Positions 29,194 to 41,090 of a stretch of 64,000 bases of DNA are shown here, piece after piece; within the stretch, counting starts at the first letter, position 1, and each line of letters opens with the position of its first letter. The notes beneath the pieces were generated by a model, which was given only the letters and a program-made list of their open reading frames with translations, had not been told where the DNA came from and ran no database searches. Both the position numbers and the translations under genes were made by a program. Origin of the DNA: Eledone cirrhosa (Eukaryota); assembly GCA_964016885.1 (NCBI GenBank), contig OZ024747.1, positions 58,032,001 to 58,096,000 on the forward strand. The letters run 5' to 3'.

Positions 29194-29894
29194 GCTAACA
29201 TGCAATAACGAGAAGATATCTTTTAAAGTGAGGTAAGACTGTGCACTGAGCCAATCCCACTCTCTGAACAACAGTAGCTATAACCCGAAAAGAAGAAAAG
29301 ATCAACATGATCGGTAACTACTGAGCCGCAGGCTTTATGTCGGTGTTATCCAAGTTTCCTGAGATACCTTCCCTTAGAAGAATGTCCTGACAAAGGCCAT
29401 GGGTCCTTCACTGACAGTGATTTAACCACGCGATCGGATATCCACTCGATTATTTCTATGTTCCCACGTATATACATACACATGCATATGTGTATATACA
29501 TATAAACATATATATACATACTGGATCTTCTGACACTGTTTTTTCAGTTGAAAGCAGAAATTATTTGCTTAAACTGTAAACTGAAATATTATTTATATAT
29601 ATATATATATATAATATGATATCCCTGAAATATGTATAATGAAATAAATATGGTTTTATAAATATAGTTTCCATTTGTTTAATATCGTAAACCTACTCCA
29701 AAACCTGTTGAGTGCTTTTATATCAGTTATAAAATATTTACTCGTTGTAACCCAACAATTTTAAATAAAACGTTTGCATATATATATATAGTAATAGGAA
29801 TGTTAATAAAAATAAATGTGAAGATTAAAAGACGGAGAGGGCTCGATAAAGATAATGATATATATAAAATATATAAAATCGTAGAGCAAATATT

Positions 29895-30040
29895 TATTAA
29901 AATAACAGATTAAGTTTAAGCAAAGAATCTGTGCTTTCACCTTTAACGGGATCTTCTGAAACTATGTTTTAGTTTCAGAAGATCCCGTTAAGGGTGAAAT
30001 CAACGATTCTTTGCTTAAACTTTAATCTGTTATTTTAATA
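29895..30040. repeat. Inverted repeat, 'CAGAAGATCCC' family
   Basis: Arms around aaact-atgtttt-agttt. Related pieces at 29520-29585, 48182-48290 and 53241-53330. Confidence 0.88.
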
Positions 30041-30494
<454 letters not shown>

Positions 30495-32910
30495 GATAGA
30501 GAAAGGGCGAAAAGAGATGGTGTTATAGAAAAAAAAATATCACTTTAAATATTACCAAATTGAAAAAGCAATACGGGTCTCAAGAGATGAATTACGTGTC
30601 ATTATTTATTTATTGAATGATTATATTTTGTGTTTGATATCTAAATACATCTAGATTATCTTGCCGCTAAATAACATCATCATAGCCAAGTACACTGCAA
30701 CCTTAATAAATCTAATATTCTCGACCTGCATCACTTTTTATTTGTTATTACAATAATTAAGAAATATATCGTCGCCCCAGTCTATCTCGAAATTCCCCCA
30801 GTTACTGTTTACATTTTGTTTTACAATTGTCTTTTCGAATTTTATATATTTTCGTCAAACAAAATATTTGTTATTTTCGAAAATGTGTTTTTCTACTTTA
30901 TAAGATACAGCGAAAGCACTATGAGAAATGGCTGCAATAAAATTAAATATAAACGGTTGAATTCTTACATCTAAACGTAGTTGTTGCACCCAAAGGAGTG
31001 ATATGATTGGAAATGATTAAGAAATTATATTAATTTTGTAAATAATCTAATAGAAATGTTTCACTCTTGTATCATTGTAATAACATTTAGGCAGAATGCA
31101 TTTCCACACAGAAACAACTCTATAGAAAATAGAATTTTAAACAATTGATTCGTGTCAGCCATTTGTAAATAAAGAAAAATTATCTATTTCGTTATGATTG
31201 CAGCAACGTTACATTTTAACAGTGTTTCTTTTAAAAAGATGGGTGGGAAGAACTCTGAGTAATTAATGTTGCTATACGTATCAAAATACGTTAAATATTT
31301 TCTAAATATCTTTACAGATATAAGCCAGCTAATATTATCATAAGAAATATATTTCAGTTTTTTGTTCGTTTGTTAGATTGTGTATGTTAACAAATAACTG
31401 TTAATATATATACTGTACAGATAGTATTGGGACATATGTGTATTCTAGGTACACATCGTGTATAAAGTATTTTGCTTGTTTTGTTTTTTATTATGGTTTT
31501 GTTTTGTTATGAGAGCGAAAGCATTGTATAAATTCATCGTTTGTTACATTTAATGAACTACAAAACATAATTTGCACAGATAAATTGATTTGTTATCCAT
31601 CATTTTATTAGGTTTAGAGCAAGCTAAAAATAATTCTACATAAGAAATTGCACACGTGCACATTAGTTGAGATAATCAAATAATCAAACTTATAATCTTA
31701 AGCTTAGGAAATGTGAAACGCCGAAAAATTCATTATAATTCAATCTGGTCTTATTTTTTCCTTCTTTCTAGATTGCAGGAATGTGATTAACTGCCAAGGA
31801 AACCAATTCATTAATAACATTTGTGATAACCACAAGTTAATATAAGTGGCGGAACTATGCTGGTCCATGAGCTTTAATAAGGTGAGATTTCATCGTAAAA
31901 ACCGACATGTTATTACGTTATTTCCTAATAAACTTACACAGATTCGCAAAAATTTGTTTCATTTTTTTCTAAACTTAGTGGCTATTTATTTTTTTCCTTT
32001 CAACCTTCTGTTGATCATCGCTTAGACATGTTTTACTTTTAGTCCAATAATTCTTACGAAATTATTAAATCTCAGCAATCGTTTCCTTCTCATCTCAAAA
32101 TCAATTATGTAGGGAGTTTTGTTATGCATAAACATTTTTTTTTGTATTATTCACCAAACTTATACTTCGTGTATGTTATTGCTGATTCTCATTGAAAATG
32201 AGGAAATATCAAAGACCATCGCCTACCTGTTCAAGGTTATAATGAAATACACAAAGACATGTTAGTGATCAAAGCTGAAGAGAAGTTTATAAAGAAGTAG
32301 ACTAAATTATATCAGAAAATTAACCTTCAGATATTATATGTGCAATAAATCATAATCACTTATTTTTATGGACACGTCGTGGATTGATTGCGATGGAAAT
32401 AATATATATCATAACCGGTCGTTATGCTATAAACTAATTTTATATACATGTATGATTTAAGTAGAAAACGAAGAACGGAGGCGGCATAATGTAGATTCAT
32501 TTTAGCTGGAAACAAGGTGTGGTAATTCACAATGTATTTGATTTCGCAAGGAGCGTTCGCCATGACGGTTCACCTGTAGAAAGTGACGGGGGTTGATAGT
32601 ATTAGAATCATTTATGAGGTTCCTTGCAGTTATATCTAGGGTAAGGTAGGGGGCAATAATATTTCCTTGCTATGCCGTTGAATATTTGGTATGTCCTCAG
32701 TGATAATTTTCAAAATCTCTTTAGTGTATCGCGGTGATTTTGTGTCAATCTTGTGTTAGACGGGCCCAACGTACAGGGCCCTCTTTACAGCTACAACTGA
32801 GTTATGTTGCGAATTACCACACATACACACACACACACACACACTCACACACATACACACACGCACACACACACACACACATATCTCTCTCTCTATATAT
32901 ATATATATAT

Positions 32911-32955
32911 ATCGAATATTATTATTAATATTCGAAAAACTCAGATTACATTTAT

Positions 32956-32991
<36 letters not shown>

Positions 32992-33067
32992 AAACCATAT
33001 TTATTCTATTATATATTCCAAGGGTACCAAACACTTTGGTACGCTTTCATCAGATAAATATAGTTTC

Positions 33068-33150
<83 letters not shown>

Positions 33151-33239
33151 ATATATGTGAATGGAAACTATATTTATCTGATGAAAGCGTACCAAAGTTT
33201 TTGGTACCCTTGAAATATATAATAGAATAAATATGGTTT

Positions 33240-33279
<40 letters not shown>

Positions 33280-33324
33280 ATAAATGTAATCTGAGTTTTT
33301 CGAATATTAATAATAATATTCGAT
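32911..33324. repeat. Inverted repeat centred on a (CA)n(TA)n microsatellite
   Basis: 32911-33074 is the reverse complement of about 33157-33324 with a few mismatches; contains the HHR pair. Confidence 0.93.
33165..33239 (+). ncRNA. Minimal type I hammerhead ribozyme
   Basis: CTGATGA at 33178, stem II GTACCAAA/TTTGGTAC, GAAA at 33212, TATA-TA, bulged stem I. The mirror copy at about 32992-33067 (-) has GGAA instead of GAAA. Confidence 0.8.
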
Positions 33325-33677
33325 TCGTTTGCAATTATGTAAACAGCTTCATTTTTAAAGCCATGTCAGTAGTGTGAGCCCGTTATTCTTGCTCTTGTGT
33401 TGGCATGTAAAAGAACTGCAAACATTAATGTTTCTGGATATTACCATTCATCAGTACAGTTCACTGTTCACCTGTCAATTGTCATTGTCAGAGGTAGTGA
33501 AAATATATATTTTCTAAAATGTACAGTGACTGATCGGCCGGATTTGCCTATTAATAGACAGGCTGATCAGTCAGATCTGCATATCACCAAATCCACTGGG
33601 CAGCCAGATTTGAATATCAGCAGACGGGTCAGTCAGTTTCCTGTATACGAGCGATTAATAGCCGGCTTTGTCATATT

Positions 33678-33723
<46 letters not shown>

Positions 33724-33725
<2 letters not shown>

Positions 33726-33925
33726 CGGAGGAAATGTGGTAAGGAACCAGGTCGACCATAACGCACCAAAGTAATCAATACTTAGGGTAGTAGAGTGGGT
33801 AATAAGAACGAGTAGGACCCCGACGGCTGAGCTCAAGCCGTTTCGACGGCTAATTCTGGATGCATTAGTCCAGAATTAGCCGTCGAAACGGCTTGAGCTC
33901 AGCCGTTGGGGTCCTACTCGTTCTT
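33724..33925 (-). mobile_element. Fold-back element, GACGGCT family
   Basis: Opposite orientation to the 23277 copy; centre CTGGA-TGCATTAG-TCCAG. Confidence 0.85.
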
Positions 33926-33927
33926 TT

Positions 33928-34005
<78 letters not shown>

Positions 34006-34509
34006 GCGAACTTCTACTCGTGAACATCCTCAGTATAACCCTTGAGTGAGACAAGACTATTTCTAAACGACAATTGTTGCTGATGATACACATATTGACA
34101 TCTCAACAAATCCAGCAAATATTTATTAATCTGTTATTTATAGCAGCCCGAGTGAGGGCATAAATATTCTTTCCATAGGTTCCTAATAACATTAGTGTGA
34201 GGCGTGTGTCTGCAGAGTATTTTGAATACAAGCATTAAGCTGCACGAAACATCACACTAGATAACCTGAGAATACATTAAATTAAACCGAACATTGGAAC
34301 GTGTTATAATAATTGGGTTTTAACTATTGCTTCAAAATGTGTGTTAATTGCCTCATTAATATTTCATTAATTCTCTTAAGAGTGAGGTAGGCTAAACCAT
34401 TTCACAAGTTCATTTTCATAATGAGTAGAATTCAATCAGTCAAGTGGAATGTGTGTAATATAATCGAAGTAATATTTCACAAATTATGTAATGTATTCAG
34501 AAATAGGAT

Positions 34510-34620
<111 letters not shown>

Positions 34621-34958
34621 ATATATATAACATGTTATTGCCTGAAACCTTATATGGTGTGCGCATATGTATTGTCAGAGCAATAAAAAAGAAACAATGG
34701 TAATATTTTAATTGGGAGAAGAAGGCTCAAATTATAGAGACGGCATAGAGCGTTAAATACCATTCTCCGGCTTTCTTTATTGGGTTATCTTCTTAGCTGT
34801 GGTGGAGAGCAGTAGCCGGTTTCTCGTGCTAATAAACATCTGCGTATATAATTATAGAGTGTATTTTCATCAAATGTGTTTCTTTGAATATATCCAACTC
34901 ATTCTACTTTCTGAAAGCTTGTCTTGATTTACAGTATTTTTTCTTGTTGGACCTACAC

Positions 34959-35065
34959 TTTCTTCTTCTTCTTCTTCTTCTTCGCGGGCGCAGAGTTCTC
35001 AAATACTCCTTCCAGTGGGTTCTGTCAGAAGCAACCGTCTCCAACTGATCTGGTTGGATCCATTG
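34959..35065 (-). mobile_element. 3' end of an RTE-type LINE with (GAA)n tail
   Basis: Minus translation IQPDQLETVASDRTHWKEYLR runs into (GAA)n. Flanking duplication tgtcttgatttacagta at 34920 and 35110. Confidence 0.65.
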
Positions 35066-36060
35066 TATACTTTGAACATATCCAACACATTCAACTTTCT
35101 ATAAAAAAATGTCTTGATTTACAGTAAATATTGTTGTTGTTGTTGTTGGACTTACGCCTGCTTGTGAAATTTATCTGACTATTCAAAAGAAACGTGCACC
35201 CACAACGGCGTTCTCAGCGAATTTAAGCTTTAAAAAGTTTATAGCAAGGATGATCCTTTGAATAAGAGTTCAATTCCTTATGGTAAGCTGATCTGACATA
35301 CGGCGCATAACCTGCAATCGAGCTAATGACGTAAAAATCAGGAACCAAATACCTTAACGATTAAGCCATGTGACTAACACGCAAATCATTATGCATGTTT
35401 ATTTATATTATAGGAAATATATCTTGAGGGCAGTGGACTGGCAGCAACATCAACATATTTTACATTCAATGTTCAGCCTGTCTCCATTCTGTGTTTAAAT
35501 ACACCTGAGGTGTACTTCACTCGTCTATGAATTAAAGTATTTGTTTCGATTATATCTTTAGCCCTCCTCCAAATCCATTATAATAGGAATCGTATGTATG
35601 GCTTCTTTGACAATATTTAAACACTTATGCGATTTATGAACTATATAGTTAAGTTATATACCGCACACAATCACACACAGCTCCGGCGGACAGGAGGGAG
35701 AAGGCGTTTTCCCGGAGGACGGCAAGGGAGACGCACTGGAAAAGCCACTCCAACTCGTGGAGTTCACACCTGTGGCTGGCCAGCTCACCGCCTATGGTGG
35801 TGTGCAGGGTGGTAGCCCTAGGGCCAAGGACCAGAAGTCTCTACTGCCAGGGGTACAACCGCAAACCTGTCGAGGCTATAAGGAACACATGATTATTATC
35901 AGTATAGGCACCTATATCAGTTTTCCCTCCAGCATTGCCACTACAATAGCAACAGCACAAGTTCCCACACCACCGTTATCATTATCATCTCATAAATCAC
36001 AATGGATTACGATTCTCGTTGTCCCGTTATTTATACTAAGAAATACCAGACACTGATGCT

Positions 36061-36087
36061 CCTACTACTACTACGGTTACCACCACC

Positions 36088-36119
<32 letters not shown>

Positions 36120-36123
36120 CAAC

Positions 36124-36217
<94 letters not shown>
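36061..36217. repeat. Compound trinucleotide repeat (CTA/CCA/CAA)n
   Basis: Directly visible; an analogous (GTA/GCA/GTG)n tract lies at 13528-13745. Confidence 0.97.
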
Positions 36218-36672
36218 TCAGCTACATTAAGTTGTAGTCGTTATTGGTAATTGTACAACTTCATAGATATTTTAATATCAATTGTAGATATACTTAAATT
36301 ATGAAACATAGGAATTACTTACATTCAATGAAGGTTAATTTCTAACATACCACTCTAGTCTGATTACTTTTCTTTATGTTGACAATGAAACATTTTATTG
36401 TTTGTTATATCCCCCACTATATATTCAGGTTACCTTGTACCTGTGATATGGCTAATTAACTATATATATATATATAAGTCTAATATATATATATATATAT
36501 ATATTCAAGTTCAAGGAAACGACAAACAGAGGTATATTGTTTGGAAAAATGTAAGAACTGTGAAAACGCAGTTTTCGCAGTTCTTACGCTTTTCAAATGT
36601 AAAATAATGGAGATGGATGGTACTTGTTTCCTCCATGCCAAAAAACTACACATGCGTTTGTCTAATACTGAA

Positions 36673-36709
<37 letters not shown>

Positions 36710-36738
36710 ATCAAAAGATGGTTAAAAGAGTTCCATGT

Positions 36739-36807
36739 ATTTTATTATGCGCATTTCAAAAACAAATATCATCATGCAATAATATTTGTGTTTTCATCAG
36801 ATAAAAC
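36739..36807 (-). ncRNA. Type I hammerhead ribozyme (left arm of palindrome)
   Basis: Reverse complement of 36934-37002. Confidence 0.88.
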
Positions 36808-36933
36808 AGGAAGACATGATATGAAGGTTAAAAAACACTTGTGAATAGTGCAGTTTTAAATCAACATATTGATATGTTGATTTAAAACTGCACTATTCAC
36901 AAGTGTTTTTTAACCTTCATATCATGTCTTCCT

Positions 36934-37002
36934 GTTTTATCTGATGAAAACACAAATATTATTGCATGATGATATTTGTTTTTGAAATGCGCATAATAAA
37001 AT
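36934..37002 (+). ncRNA. Type I hammerhead ribozyme (right arm of palindrome)
   Basis: GUUUUAU-CUGAUGA-AAACACAAAUAUU...GAUAUUUGUUUUU-GAAA-UGCGCA-UA-AUAAAAU. Confidence 0.88.
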
Positions 37003-37031
37003 ACATGGAACTCTTTTAACCATCTTTTGAT

Positions 37032-37078
<47 letters not shown>

Positions 37079-37079
37079 A

Positions 37080-37279
37080 CATTATACACATTCAAATTCA
37101 TTAAATTAGCAGCTTCCTATACCAGAAATTAACAACCATTTTTCGAGCCACAACACATCGAAAGGCGCGCTATTATCTAACGCCTTTAGCACGCCCTTCG
37201 ATGTGTTGTGGCTCGAAAAATGGTTGTTAATTTCTGTTATAGGGAGCTGCTAATTTAATGAATTTGAATGTGTATAATG
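37080..37279. repeat. Inverted repeat with about 90-bp arms
   Basis: cattatacacattcaaattc...catcgaaaggcg versus cgcccttcgatg...gaatttgaatgtgtataatg. Confidence 0.93.
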
Positions 37280-38260
37280 GTCTCTGCTTTAGGCACAAGG
37301 CCAACCATTTTTGGGAAAGGAAAAGTCGATTAAATTGAACCCACTGCATTACCCGAACTTTAATTTATCGACCCCCTAAGGATGTTCAATGTGTATAATA
37401 ATATACTGCATTTCCGTTGATATATATTAAGGAGTGAAGTATCACGAGTTTCACTAGGTCTCGTAAATTAATAGTAGGTAAGTAGTGTAGTAGTCATATA
37501 TACAGCGCCTGATATTTAAACAGATATTTATTTGAAAAACATTACATTTATGTTCCGCACACTTTTCATGTCTTTGAAGTCTCATCTCAGGGAAACATGA
37601 AAGTATATAATTTTGCAAATATAGTATAAGGTTTACATTCACACAAATGCTGTTTAAAAACAAAACAAAAGCCCGGGAGCGATTTTAACACAAAATATAT
37701 TAAGTAAAATGATGATATACAAAGAGCCAAAATAATAGACGAAATATTTACCGGAAAACTATATAGAAATACAATAGAGAATATTTTAATTTTAAAGCTG
37801 AAACGGCCACTATACAGCTATACATCTCGAATATAGTGTGAGGATAATATAAAAGGTTATGAAATTATTGAAATATCCTAGATCATTAAAGGCTGAAAGC
37901 CCGGAAAGCATAACCATATATTGACCAGAAATTCAAAGAGATAACCTTTAACATGTACACATCAAAATGATTCTTGCGCAATAAAATCTATTATTAAGGA
38001 ATGCTAGATGTACAAATTGTCATAGCTAATGAACTATAATGAGGATCTAAAACTCCACCAAATATTGCCCACTAGTTTATAGTATACATAGTTAAATTAA
38101 GTTTATGAAAATTGCATATAACCGACATTATCTAAAAGTCATTACTTGTAACAACAATAAAGATTGTCTGGTTTCAAAGCTTAAAACATAAGAACACACT
38201 AACACACACACACACATACAGACGCACGCGCACATACATACACACATTCACACAACTACA

Positions 38261-38306
<46 letters not shown>

Positions 38307-38440
38307 TATATGTGAGAGTGTGTGTGAGTAACTGTGATTGTTAAAGTGTGCACATACACGCAAGGATATAAACACACACATATATATATGAACATATATA
38401 TGTATAAATATATATATATATATACATATATATGTGTATA

Positions 38441-38490
<50 letters not shown>

Positions 38491-38978
38491 TATATAAATC
38501 CGTACATACACACATGCATACAATTATTTGATAGTGATACACACAGTTACATAGGCACAAATACATACTTTAAGAATCACAAACCCGTGTTATATATACA
38601 ATTAGCTATTCGGAAATATGCTAATATATGCAGCTAACTCTGAAAGTTTGATTCCTAATTTAGATGCAGCAATTACCCAATTGCCTTCAAAGAAATTACT
38701 TGAGTAAATTCACAAGTATACGCATATATATAACGGCTTGTCTTGTTTACCTCTTTTTATTTTCCCTTATTTTACTTGGACTGCCTTTTATTTTCTGTAT
38801 CCATAATTTGTACTCCCGAAGAAGAGCTAAAGCCTGACATGTCAAATTTTCTGAGCCCCATTTTCCATATAAAGCGGGAAACTAATACAACTTTTTGTAC
38901 CTCTGTTTGTCGTTTCCTTGAAATATATACTGTATATATATATATAAAATTATGTAATAAACAGCATCAGATGATTAT

Positions 38979-39139
38979 TCCATTTACCAAAGGTTTCACG
39001 AAGACAGGCGAGCTCAACAGAGACGTCTGTAATCGCACATTAGAATGAAAATTTAAGCAGATTAAATGTTCATTCTGATGAGCGATTTCAGACGTTTCTG
39101 TTGAGCTCATCTGTCTTCGTGAAACCTTTGGTAAATGGA
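38979..39139. repeat. Diverged inverted repeat of an HHR
   Basis: Centre at about 39059. The left-arm core has decayed to CTAATGT. Confidence 0.9.
39069..39139 (+). ncRNA. Type I hammerhead ribozyme
   Basis: UUCAUU-CUGAUGA-GCGA...UCGU-GAAA-CCUUUGG-UA-AAUGGA. Confidence 0.82.
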
Positions 39140-39257
39140 CTAATTGTCTTATGTGTTTTATTACATAATTAAATAGCTCTGTAGCATACATAGATAACTC
39201 TCCTTTCCTTTACCCTTCCTACGGAAATACTTCATATATATATATATATATATATAT

Positions 39258-39357
39258 ATGGGATGTCCGCCAAAAATGCATACATAATTAATTAACTGTG
39301 CAGGCGATATTTATTAGAATGATGTTGAAGTATGTGTATGATTTTTGGGACACACTG
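39258..39357. mobile_element. Tc1/mariner-type MITE, same family as 6957
   Basis: Decayed left TIR; right end TTTTTGGGACACACTG|TA. Confidence 0.55.
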
Positions 39358-40349
39358 TATATATACCTATCTTCAATCAACTATTCATTATTATAATATT
39401 GTCTATTGAATCAGTCGTGACTCTGGAGGAGCCTCTTGTTAATATCTCAAAGATTGCTTAAAGTATTTGTTCTTTCATGTAAGTAATAATTCCGTGTCTT
39501 GAAGTTGCAGTTTTGAAGTTTCTCTCAATAATTTCGATATAGGGCAGTACACGTGCGTATTGCAAAGCATATCTATTAAACCACATACATTTTTCAGTCT
39601 GAAAACGTGTTGTATTTTTTAACTAATATAACAGTTTTAAGTTCTTCGTAGAATGCGACCAGTTGAATAAAAGAAAGAATCGTTACATTTGGTGTGATTT
39701 GTAGATAAGCTAGTGATATAAGAAGGTTCAGAATTTGGCTCTAGTTTTCAGTATACATACTTTACTATACGATAATGTGCGCACTTGCGAGTATGAAATC
39801 ATGGTCTATATTCAGATTAGTAAATTATATACTATGACGAACACACGAACATAGGTTAAATGTCATCTCATTCCAATGTCATCCTTTCGTACCAAACTGT
39901 GTCTACACCAATATTCGTATGAAGTAGATATGTAAAATATGGTGATTATAGAACTAAAGGCCAGCTTCAGAAGATTGATTTCGAAAAATGCTAATCGCAG
40001 CCGCAACTTCGATTTTACTCACTATTACCATTATTTTCTCATAGCCTTTATAATTAACTAATAAATCGATTAATTATTTATTGTTTGTTTGATAGCCTGG
40101 TTGAGAGCTTAATTTAGAGGCTCTGAATAAATTCCTTTCTTCACACTTTTGAATTTGCCAAAGCCCGGATGTGAATATGTCTCTTTTCTTGAGAAAGAAC
40201 ACGTTACTGCTACAGTTGAATTACTAAGCCACGCTCGTGGAAAACGGAACGAAATGCCTGTTCCATCTTAGGATACATTACTGGCTTGCATGCTACGCAA
40301 ATTGGAGTATAGCTTTCGAATTCCCAGAAACCAATGGAAGATATTTATA

Positions 40350-40451
40350 TAATTATTTCTACTTTTGGCACAAGGCTAGCAATTAACCAGTGCATTACTG
40401 GTACTTTATTTTATCGACCCCGTAAGGATGAAAGGCAAAGTTAACCTCGGC
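40350..40451 (-). mobile_element. SINE 3' half
   Basis: Core and 3' end match the family. Confidence 0.8.
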
Positions 40452-40664
40452 AATCGATCAGGTCTATGTTCATCTTTAACCTATTTCTATTTGTAGTGCC
40501 TTTTGTGGCAACATCTCTCCGGTAACACCTCTAACGTATTGTTATTACTCTGAGATATAACTCATTGATTTATCGATATCACATCATTGAGTGCTTTGTA
40601 ACAACCTCAGACGATTGATTTTGAAAAATGCTAATCGCAGCTGCAAATTCGATTTTACTCACTG

Positions 40665-40759
<95 letters not shown>

Positions 40760-40966
40760 GAACAATAAAAATCAGAAGTCATGTCCATTACGGAGTGAGA
40801 GAGAGAGAGAGAGACAGACAGACAGAAACAAAGTAATATGTAGAGAAATTACAAGCGTTTCTTTAGAGTAAAGAGTTTGGCAACTCTCTATACAGATTGG
40901 TCTATCAATCTAAAGACGATCGATATAAGAGTCATTTCTAAGAGAGAGATATAAATTGATAGCTGC

Positions 40967-41047
40967 GATCCTTACGGGGTCAATAAAATAAAGTACCAGT
41001 AATGTACTAGTTAATTGTTGGCCTTGTGCCAAAAGTAGAAACAATTA
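40967..41047 (+). mobile_element. SINE 3' half; its (TTA)n tail hosts the truncated LINE
   Basis: atccttacggggtcaataaaataaagtaccag...gtagaaacaatta. Confidence 0.8.
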
Positions 41048-41090
41048 TTATTATTATTATTATTTGATCACCGTCGAGGAAGAGGTGATG

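Larger units (their letters stand above)
36706..37035. repeat. 330-bp palindrome between (TA)n tracts
   Basis: Centre at 36870/36871. Arms appear identical, and the ORF track shows the same peptide on both strands. Confidence 0.95.

Noticed and set aside
38806-38895. Possible decayed hammerhead (CCGAAGA ... GAAACTAATA)
   Set aside because: Core and stems are too degenerate to support a call.
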